NCBI GenBank assembly: GCA_963811165.1
Contig: CAWEQH010000010.1
Span: 352,001 to 416,000, forward strand
Source of the DNA: an uncultured Nitrospiraceae bacterium
GTDB taxonomy: Bacteria > Nitrospirota > Thermodesulfovibrionia > Thermodesulfovibrionales > UBA6898
DNA length: 64,000 bases
Direction: 5' to 3'
The notes below the pieces were generated by a model. That model was given only the letters and a program-made list of their open reading frames with translations, did not search any database and was not told the origin of the DNA. The translations under genes were made by a program, and so were the position numbers. Position 1 is the first letter of the stretch; each line of letters opens with the position of its first letter. Shown here one piece after another: positions 31,302 to 40,908 of this stretch.

Positions 31302-31463
31302 ATGTCTGAAGAACCAAAATTGGCGGACGAACTGAAGAAAATGGAATATGAAGAATTGCTTCCTGTTGAAAAAAAGCTCATAGGGTACAGCCTTATATTG
31401 GGAACCGTTCTCCTGGGTGTGCTGGTATGGGTAAGCTACACCTTTTTCCCTAGCGGCCACTGA
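31302..31463 (+). CDS. 53-aa single-TM protein, probable transporter accessory subunit
   Basis: AAGGAGGT RBS; MSEEPKLADELKKMEYEELLPVEKKLIGYSLILGTVLLGVLVWVSYTFFPSGH; below the ORF-track cutoff. Confidence 0.85.
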   Translation: MSEEPKLADELKKMEYEELLPVEKKLIGYSLILGTVLLGVLVWVSYTFFPSGH

Positions 31464-31595
31464 CACCTTTTCACCAGAGACGTGCAAGGGTCCACAAACT
31501 CCTTGCACGTCTTTTTTCTCTACCTCTCTTTCCGCCATTTTTTCTGTTTCTCATCATCCTCTGCTCATCTACGTATTTTTTGTGTAGAATAGAGC

Positions 31596-33776
<2,181 letters not shown>

Positions 33777-33841
33777 TAATCCTCCGGCACTGCCGTCGAA
33801 GATGGCGGAAACGACTTTTCCCTTTCACCAACTGCGGCAAA

Positions 33842-34132
33842 TTACTTCTCGAAACACTCCATGCTCCGCTGCTTGTTGATCTCGATATGCTTTTTCTCGC
33901 ACCAGACATTACCAAGCTGAGGGGCCTCTCCTGAGGGCTTCAGCATTTTTGCCTTCTTGCAGGAAAGACAGTGCATGGCCTTTACCCCGCCTATGGGAAC
34001 ATAACAGGGCATCTGTCTGTTCTTCCCCATTTGTATCCCGCGTTGTCCGCACCACACTGTCCCCTGCGCGGGCCGTTGACCTCCCGGCTTCACCTCGTGT
34101 CCGAATTTGCACTTGCCGCAAACGCTGTCCAT
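33842..34132 (-). CDS. Hypothetical Cys-rich protein with two 40-aa 4-Cys repeats
   Basis: Two copies of CxxC-x19-C-x14-C; starts 4 nt after the udg stop. Confidence 0.75.
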   Translation of the reverse strand: MDSVCGKCKFGHEVKPGGQRPAQGTVWCGQRGIQMGKNRQMPCYVPIGGVKAMHCLSCKKAKMLKPSGEAPQLGNVWCEKKHIEINKQRSMECFEK

Positions 34133-34136
34133 CGCA

Positions 34137-34838
34137 TCAATGTCCGGAGAGAAGCTCCATAACCTTCTGGGCGTCAGACCATGTGAGCCATTTGTCTTTG
34201 GGGTTTCTCAATAGGTAAGCGGGATGAAAAGTAGGCATCACGGGGATCCCCTTGTAATCAAACAAAATGCCCCGTACCGAAGTGATCTTTAACTCCCGTC
34301 TGCCCAAGAGTGTCTGGAGAGCTATCCTGCCGAGTGTGACAATTACCTCGGGCCGTATTATCTCGATCTGCCGCTCGACAAACTTTCTGCAGGTCGCGAT
34401 CTCATCTTCTTCGGGGTCCCTGTTCATCGGCGGTCTGCACTTCACGATATTAGCGATATAGACGTCGTCCCTTTTGAGGTTTACATCCCCTATCGACATT
34501 TTTTCGATGAGCTTAGTAAGGAGCATACCTGCGTCTCCCACAAAAGGCCTTCCCTGGATATCCTCCTCCCTGCCCGGCCCCTCACCGATGAACATGATCC
34601 TCGCCCCGGCGTTCCCTTCGCCGAACACGATAGTGTTTCTCTTCTCCGCGAGCTTGCACCTGACACAATCTCCGATCTCCTTTCTAAGTGCAAAAAGGAG
34701 GCGTTCTTTTTCCCCTTTATCCTTCCCCATACTGCACGAAGGTGTCATGTTGAGAGGAATGCCTTCAACGCCCAAGGCCTGGTAGAATTCGAGCATTGTT
34801 TCAAGATCGTCCAGGATGACGCGCAAAGATTTTGTCAT
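34137..34838 (-). CDS. udg: Uracil-DNA glycosylase family 4 (Fe-S)
   Basis: CVRC, GEGPG..ED..G.PFVG, NIVKCRPP, TFHPAYLLR. Confidence 0.93.
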   Translation of the reverse strand: MTKSLRVILDDLETMLEFYQALGVEGIPLNMTPSCSMGKDKGEKERLLFALRKEIGDCVRCKLAEKRNTIVFGEGNAGARIMFIGEGPGREEDIQGRPFVGDAGMLLTKLIEKMSIGDVNLKRDDVYIANIVKCRPPMNRDPEEDEIATCRKFVERQIEIIRPEVIVTLGRIALQTLLGRRELKITSVRGILFDYKGIPVMPTFHPAYLLRNPKDKWLTWSDAQKVMELLSGH

Positions 34839-34866
34839 AATGTAAATTCCGGCAAGACCATGCAGC

Positions 34867-35718
34867 TCAACGCTCGCCCCACTTCAGCTTAGTCCTCAGA
34901 ACCTTGAAATAATCGCGCTCGCAGGGGATAAGCAGCCTCGTCTTAAACCGCGATTTATTGATCTCTATCACGTCGTCCAGCCTCAGCGAAAAACCGACCT
35001 GTCCGTCCAGGGTCAGATATACGTCTTCGCTGAGCGTCTTGAGCGTGACCTCAATCCTGAAGTCCTCAGGCAGCACGATCGGTCTATTGGTCAGCGTATG
35101 CGAACATATCGGCGTAAGTACAATGCTGTCCAGGGTTGGATAGAGTATAGGGCCGCCGGCCGAGAGCGAATAAGCCGTAGATCCGGTCGGCGTCGATATT
35201 ATCAGACCGTCCGCCCTGAATATCGTAACGTAGGAGCCGTTTATTGATGTCTCGAGGTCGATTATCCTGGCTAGGGCACCCTTGTTGATAACTACATCGT
35301 TAAGCACCGTATACTCCGCAACCTTTTCTCCATCCCTGACGATCTTCGCGCAGAGCATAAGTCTCTCTTCGATAACACACTTATCGGAGAGCATTGCGTC
35401 GATGGCCTCAAAGACCTCATCACGGTTTATCTCGGTAATGAAACCCATCGTCCCCAGGTTGATGCCGAGTATCGGTATGCCCTTTTCGGCGACCAGTCTG
35501 CTCACACTTAGCATTGTCCCGTCGCCCCCCAAAACGATCACCACGTCAGCGTGCGAAGCTATCTTCTCTCTTGCAGAGCCCCCGATCTTCAGCAGGGCCG
35601 ACATATCAGGGTCCACATAAGTTTCATACCCCTTATGTCTCAGCCGGGGGAGAAGCTCCTTAAGAATCTCCAGTGGCTCAGGTCTGCCGGGTTTGCTGAT
35701 TATGCCTATTTTCTTCAT
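34867..35718 (-). CDS. nadK: NAD kinase
   Basis: GGDGT, LNDVV, DGLIISTPTGSTAYSLSAGGP. Confidence 0.96.
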   Translation of the reverse strand: MKKIGIISKPGRPEPLEILKELLPRLRHKGYETYVDPDMSALLKIGGSAREKIASHADVVIVLGGDGTMLSVSRLVAEKGIPILGINLGTMGFITEINRDEVFEAIDAMLSDKCVIEERLMLCAKIVRDGEKVAEYTVLNDVVINKGALARIIDLETSINGSYVTIFRADGLIISTPTGSTAYSLSAGGPILYPTLDSIVLTPICSHTLTNRPIVLPEDFRIEVTLKTLSEDVYLTLDGQVGFSLRLDDVIEINKSRFKTRLLIPCERDYFKVLRTKLKWGER

Positions 35719-36139
35719 CTAACCCCTCTATACATATCTCCCTTCGGTTATCTCCGATATCCTTTAGACGGACCCTTATGAAATCCGCTGTCAGAGACCC
35801 GAGCTTCTCGGCCCATTCTATAACCGCTACGGAATCCCTCCCGAGACAATCCCATATTCCGGTATTATCGACGTCCTCTTCTTTTTCCACCCTGTACAGA
35901 TCTATGTGGAAAAAAGGCGGGACACTGCAATACTCAGCTATTATCGTAAAGCTGGCGCTCGTCACGTCCCGGCCGCAAATGCCGAAGGCCCTCGCGATGC
36001 CCCTTACAACGGTTGTCTTGCCTGTCCCGAGATCTCCATAAAGCGCCACGACATCACCTGCCTTCAACAACCTTCCGAGTTCATACCCGGCCTCCTCGGT
36101 CTCAGCAGGACTATTACTTATCCGCTTCACCCATGGCAC
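35678..36139 (-). CDS. tsaE: tRNA threonylcarbamoyladenosine biosynthesis ATPase TsaE
   Basis: GDLGTGKTT, HIDLYR, IEWAE; exact start uncertain. Confidence 0.92.
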   Translation of the reverse strand: MPWVKRISNSPAETEEAGYELGRLLKAGDVVALYGDLGTGKTTVVRGIARAFGICGRDVTSASFTIIAEYCSVPPFFHIDLYRVEKEEDVDNTGIWDCLGRDSVAVIEWAEKLGSLTADFIRVRLKDIGDNRREICIEGLDEENRHNQQTRQT

Positions 36140-36572
36140 CTTTTATCACTTCCATCTTGCCAACAATACCTACCACTTTGCCGGAACTGATGACTGGGAG
36201 CAGATGCACACCTTTTTCAGACATGATAGTGGCTATTTCCTGAAGCGTTGTCTCGGGATCTACAGTAATTACCTCGCGTGTACATATTTCCGAAACCCTT
36301 GAAGCGGACATCCTCTGTATCTCTTTCTCCATCGATGATGCACCGAGGGGAATGAAAGCGTCAAAAAGTCTTATTATAGTAGGTATATGCAATCTACCGC
36401 TCTGCTTTATCATATCGTTTTCGGTCACCACGCCGAAGAGCTTCTGCTCAGCATCGATCACGGGGACCCCGCTAATCCCTCTTTCAATAAAGAGTCTTCC
36501 CAGTTCCTCGACCGTAGTATCTGGAGATACCGTGGTCACTACAGCGCTCATTATGTCCTTGGCCTTTATCAT
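36114..36572 (-). CDS. CBS domain pair protein
   Basis: AKDIM..VTTV.PD, ISGVPVID, VHLLPVI..VVGIV. Confidence 0.9.
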   Translation of the reverse strand: MIKAKDIMSAVVTTVSPDTTVEELGRLFIERGISGVPVIDAEQKLFGVVTENDMIKQSGRLHIPTIIRLFDAFIPLGASSMEKEIQRMSASRVSEICTREVITVDPETTLQEIATIMSEKGVHLLPVISSGKVVGIVGKMEVIKGAMGEADK

Positions 36573-36686
36573 TGAACCCCTCTTTTCTTTTTACTAATAT
36601 TACCATGGAACATACGAATTTGAGGAGGAAATTGGCATGGTCCTGTATTCAGAAGGCGGGCCACTCAAGCGATCATTCAAAGTATT

Positions 36687-37445
36687 TCACAGCTTCACTT
36701 CGGTCCCGCCAATCTCTCTTTGGCGTTTGATAATCCAGATATAGCCAAACTCTTTTTCCTGATATACGCTGGCCAGCCCGAGACGCAACAGTTCAAGAAG
36801 CGCAAGAAAGGTAACGATCAGCTGGCTCTTCGTCGCGGCTCCCCCAAAAAGTTCCTCAAACCTTATGCTTTCAGAACTTTCGAGAAGATCCACGATGACG
36901 AACATTTTATCTTTGACGGTAAGTGTCTCCTTGGTTATTGTCCGCACCTCGGCAGGCGCGGTTTCCAGAATCTTTTTAAATGCGCCGAGCAGATCAAAGA
37001 TATTCACGTCGAAAAGATACGGCTCGGACTCCCCTTCCCTCTCTTCTTCAGGCACATCCTCAGGCCCTCTTGAAAAAATCCTCAACGACTCATCTTCCCT
37101 CTCCTTTAAAATCGATGCGGCATCCCTAAATGCCTGATACTCAAGGAGTCTCTGAACAAGTTCGAGCCGGGGGTCTTCCATCGGTTCTGCATTTCCTTCA
37201 GCCGCCTCTTCGGGAGGCAAAAGCATCTTCGACTTGATCTGTATGAGCGTAGCAGCCATAACGAGAAACTCGCCCGCTATTTCAAGGTTGAGCTCCTTCA
37301 TCATTCCGATGTACTCAAGATAACGGCCCGTAATAAAGGAGATTGGGATGTCGTAAATATCAATCTTATTTTCCCTAATAAGATGGAGAAGGAGGTCGAG
37401 CGGACCCTCGAATGCAGGCAGTTTAATAGTATACAGGTCTTCCAT
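36687..37445 (-). CDS. scpA: Segregation and condensation protein A
   Basis: FEGPLDLLLHLI, FLVMAATLIQIKSKMLLP, VTFLALLEL. Confidence 0.95.
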   Translation of the reverse strand: MEDLYTIKLPAFEGPLDLLLHLIRENKIDIYDIPISFITGRYLEYIGMMKELNLEIAGEFLVMAATLIQIKSKMLLPPEEAAEGNAEPMEDPRLELVQRLLEYQAFRDAASILKEREDESLRIFSRGPEDVPEEEREGESEPYLFDVNIFDLLGAFKKILETAPAEVRTITKETLTVKDKMFVIVDLLESSESIRFEELFGGAATKSQLIVTFLALLELLRLGLASVYQEKEFGYIWIIKRQREIGGTEVKL

Positions 37446-37593
37446 GCTTCAACTCATTCTCGATTGATCTGAATATTTTAACAGATTGCGGGAAAAATTG
37501 GCCCGCCGTAACAACTCAGGCGGCCGGCAGCACACCCACGGGGAAAAACAGGACCGAATACAGACTCGACACACAACGGTCCGAAACAAGCCC

Positions 37594-37905
37594 TTATTTT
37601 TTGCCGCCCTTTTTCACGAAATGAGCGGCTTTGGCAGAGATGTTCGGGTCTATGAGATAAGCCTCAGCAAAATAATCGCTGGCGTCGTTATATTTCTTCA
37701 GCTTGTAGTCCGTGTATCCGAGAAGGTAATATGCGGCGGGATCCGGAGTTCCTGAGATATAGTCTTTGAAATATCGCTCAGCACTCTTGTACTCCTTCTT
37801 CCTGTAATGCCTCAGCCCCTTTGCGAAATCTTCACTTCCGGGGTATGCCTCAGAACATACGATCAAGGCCGTGACAAGAGCAAAAAAAACATATACAGTC
37901 TTCAT
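37594..37905 (-). CDS. Small exported TPR-like protein
   Basis: Signal peptide, AYYLLGY...A..YF..A..IDP TPR pattern, GGAGG RBS. Confidence 0.7.
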   Translation of the reverse strand: MKTVYVFFALVTALIVCSEAYPGSEDFAKGLRHYRKKEYKSAERYFKDYISGTPDPAAYYLLGYTDYKLKKYNDASDYFAEAYLIDPNISAKAAHFVKKGGKK

Positions 37906-38182
37906 CTTTCACTCCCTCCCCATTATCAGCAATTTCAGCCTTACGGACTTAACTATACCACAAGATGAGTCAATAATCCAGGTATCAATGGAACGAACCT
38001 GCGCCTCCATAGATATGAAAGAATCTTGGCGAGTCCCGAGAACCAGGAAGCAAAAAAAACGATTACCTCATGTGTTGCACAACAGAGATGATTCGGTAGG
38101 CACGGCAGAGAGGTATATTATATCGTTTACAATTTCGGATGGATTATCCCGGCTGTGCCCTCCAAAAAAAGGGCACGTTGCA

Positions 38183-38230
38183 AATAACCCCTGACCACAG
38201 CCGTCAGTTTTCAGGCCGGTGATCAGGGGT
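38183..38230 (-). terminator. Putative terminator of the nuoEFG-like operon
   Basis: ACCCCTGATCAC...GTGGTCAGGGGT stem followed by TATTT on the minus strand. Confidence 0.55.
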
Positions 38231-38253
38231 ATCGTAATGCTTGTTCAGGACGT

Positions 38254-40275
38254 TTAAACTGTGACTCCCTTTTCAGTCTCCTTTAACCAAAGGAGTCTTG
38301 ATCCGTTTATCGCAGACCTATTGATGTCTTCCGCAAATTTCTCCGCGTCGATATCGAGGTCTCTCTCCCTTTTAAACGGATTGAAGGCGGCCTTGACCTT
38401 AGTCTTAAGCGCCTTCTTCACGTCAGTCTCCTTCACCTTTTTCAGGGAAACACCCGCGGCCTCTGCCAGGCCGATAAATATGTCGGCGTGTGAAATTGAT
38501 TCCCCGGCGGGATTGACAGCCTTCTTCACCTCTTTTAATCTTCCAAGGTAATCGACGATAGTTCCTTCCGATTCAAGTGCCGGAGCTGCCGGCAAGAATA
38601 CATCGGCCTCCCTTGCCAGATCGGTCAGATGGGAGCCTTGAACAACCAGGAACTTTGTGTCGGGTCTCTTACCCACGGGAACCTCACCGATCACATAAAG
38701 AACTTGCGTCTGCGATCCCAGGATATCCTTGAACTTCTTTCCCTCAGAGGTAAAGCCCATGAGCACAACCCCTTTTGCGTTGGCCTCATAAGGGACTGAA
38801 ACGGCATCCCCCTTGATCAACGAAAGATTTGCGGCCGCTTTGTACAGAGACGGCGACGCCAGGATCACCGGTGTCTTCGCGGCGATAAAAAGGTCCGCGG
38901 CAGCCATAGCAGCATCGCTGGGATCTATATGCGCAAGGGCCTCGATCATCTCTTTCGGTGCTTTAATACCCTTTGAAATCACCGCCTGAGCGAGCTGTTT
39001 GAGCATCTCCACCTCATCGCCCCTAAGCGTCTGGGTTGCGGCCGAAGAAATCCTCGGCTCGCCGGAGTTGATAACAAGAAGCTTCGACCTGCCGTCATTC
39101 ACTCTCTTTCTGATAACGGCGTCCAATGCGGGCAGGACCCTCGACCACTGGTCGGGGGCGGTTCCCACGAGGACGAAGAGATCGGCCTCCCCCATATCTG
39201 AGGGGCCTGACTTCATCGCATCATAATCCGAATACAGGGTAAGTGAGGAATCGAAGTTCTTCGTCTTCACCACCTCCACCGCGAGCTTTTTAAGAACAAT
39301 AGCGTCCTCGTTGAGGATATTTGCACTCGTAACAAATGCCGCATCGGAACCGGCGGCCTTGAGCTTCGCTGCAACCGTCTCAATGGCGTCTGACCACGTA
39401 GTCTCTTGCAGTTCGCCGTTGACTCTCTTCATGGGTATTTTCAGCCGCGTCTCGCTGCGCAGACTATCAAAGCCATACCTTCCTGTAGCGCACAAATATT
39501 TCTCCACAGAGCCCTCTGCCGCCCCGGAATTAATCTTTACGACCTCACCGTCCTTCGTGCTGACGGTAATACTACAGCCGTTGCCGCAGGAAAGACATGT
39601 CGAAGCGACCTTATCGTATTCCCACTCTCTCCCCTTTCTCCAGCGGTCCGCTTCGAGCAGCGCGTTGACCGGACAGGCATCAACACAACTTCCGCAGAAC
39701 GTGCATGATGACTCCTGAAGGGGTTTGTCGTTGGCAGTCACTACCTTTGCGCCGACCCCCCTCCCAGAAAATTCCAGCACGTTTGTGCCCTGGGCCTTGC
39801 ATACCCTTACACATCTGCTGCAGAGGACGCAATAATCGGGGTCCCGCTTGATGAAGGGATTAGCTGCATCCACAGGGTATCCCGTCTTTTTCCTCGTGAA
39901 ATTTGATTCCTTTATCTCAAAATCATATGCATACTGCTGGAGATTGCAGACACCAGCCTTTGTGCAGGTCATACAGTCAAGGGGATGCATGGAGAGGATA
40001 AGGTCAATTACGAACTTCCTCACTTCCTGCACCTTCTCGGTCTTCGTATTGACCACCATGCCCTCTTTGGCCTTGGTTGTACAACTGATCATGGGAGATT
40101 TCATACCCTCTATCTCCACAAGACATAGCCTGCATGCCCCGACACCCTTCATGCCCTTTAAATAGCAGAGGTTCGGGATATGAATTCCAGCGGTTGCAGC
40201 TGCATCGATAAGGTTTGTACCTTCGGCAGTCTGGATCTCCTTGCCGTCTATAGTAAGATTAACCAATTTACTCAT
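38254..40275 (-). CDS. NuoG/HydA-N-like Fe-S subunit with a degenerate molybdopterin-oxidoreductase fold and no catalytic ligand
   Basis: IPNLC..GACRLC..C [2Fe-2S]; HPLDCMTC..C; CVLCSRC..C; CTFCGSC..CP; CLSCGNGC..C. No H-cluster motifs, and no Cys/Sec at the FDH position (NFDSSLTLY). Confidence 0.85.
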   Translation of the reverse strand: MSKLVNLTIDGKEIQTAEGTNLIDAAATAGIHIPNLCYLKGMKGVGACRLCLVEIEGMKSPMISCTTKAKEGMVVNTKTEKVQEVRKFVIDLILSMHPLDCMTCTKAGVCNLQQYAYDFEIKESNFTRKKTGYPVDAANPFIKRDPDYCVLCSRCVRVCKAQGTNVLEFSGRGVGAKVVTANDKPLQESSCTFCGSCVDACPVNALLEADRWRKGREWEYDKVASTCLSCGNGCSITVSTKDGEVVKINSGAAEGSVEKYLCATGRYGFDSLRSETRLKIPMKRVNGELQETTWSDAIETVAAKLKAAGSDAAFVTSANILNEDAIVLKKLAVEVVKTKNFDSSLTLYSDYDAMKSGPSDMGEADLFVLVGTAPDQWSRVLPALDAVIRKRVNDGRSKLLVINSGEPRISSAATQTLRGDEVEMLKQLAQAVISKGIKAPKEMIEALAHIDPSDAAMAAADLFIAAKTPVILASPSLYKAAANLSLIKGDAVSVPYEANAKGVVLMGFTSEGKKFKDILGSQTQVLYVIGEVPVGKRPDTKFLVVQGSHLTDLAREADVFLPAAPALESEGTIVDYLGRLKEVKKAVNPAGESISHADIFIGLAEAAGVSLKKVKETDVKKALKTKVKAAFNPFKRERDLDIDAEKFAEDINRSAINGSRLLWLKETEKGVTV

Positions 40276-40287
40276 TAAAACCTCCGT

Positions 40288-40899
40288 CTATAAAATATTC
40301 TTGTTTTGTACACGAACAGGCTCGCTGTTCTTTGCGTCGACAATGACGATCGCCCCGGTCGGACATACCGGCATACAGTCGCCGCATTTGACACACCGTT
40401 TCTGGCGGATCTCGAAGGAAAAATATCCGCCACGGAAGGGCTTTGCCTTTTCGCCATGGATCGCCTGATGCTTGCACGCATCTTTGCAGATACCGCAGAC
40501 AATGCATTTTGCGGGTACGACCCTGTACTCGATGAGTGCCTTGCACTCTTTTTCCGGGCATGCGCCTTCGATATGCTTCCTAAACACGTCAGTACCCATC
40601 CAGTCCATAATGAACCGTGCCGTATCCTTGCCTTTCTTACATAAAGAGCCTTCCAGCATCTGTACCGCAATCCTGTTCAGGGCAGCAAGGTCGACTTCGG
40701 CTCCCTTTCCCTCTATTATATTTTGAAGCCTCACCTTCGCCTCATAACTTCCAAGGGAGCAAGGAAGACAGCGGCCGCACATCGGCCCGGACAAGAACGC
40801 CTCGGTATAATAAAGCGCACGCTGCACTGCACACTTTTTTTCTTCCGCCAGCTTCTTTATATCCTCTACTTTGAGTTCCTTTGTTTCGGTCCTTGTCAT
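40288..40899 (-). CDS. Stand-alone NuoF/HydB C-terminal Fe-S module
   Basis: CGRCLPC...SLC; KHIEGACPEKEC; CIVCGICKDAC; CVKCGDCMPVCP; AAGGAGG RBS. Confidence 0.82.
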   Translation of the reverse strand: MTRTETKELKVEDIKKLAEEKKCAVQRALYYTEAFLSGPMCGRCLPCSLGSYEAKVRLQNIIEGKGAEVDLAALNRIAVQMLEGSLCKKGKDTARFIMDWMGTDVFRKHIEGACPEKECKALIEYRVVPAKCIVCGICKDACKHQAIHGEKAKPFRGGYFSFEIRQKRCVKCGDCMPVCPTGAIVIVDAKNSEPVRVQNKNIL

Positions 40900-40908
40900 G
40901 CCCCCTCC

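Noticed and set aside
31281..31538. 85-aa minus-strand ORF in the track
   Set aside because: Antisense to the better-supported 53-aa gene, which has a perfect RBS.
36632..36745. GAGGAGG plus ATG on the plus strand, running antisense into scpA
   Set aside because: Short, featureless peptide overlapping scpA; no supporting evidence.
37906..38182. Possible riboswitch or ncRNA in the intergenic region
   Set aside because: Only short hairpins; no consensus recognised. An Rfam scan would be needed.
38254..40275. Formate dehydrogenase, selenoprotein or [FeFe]-hydrogenase call
   Set aside because: No in-frame TGA, no Cys at the Mo-ligand position and no H-cluster motifs.
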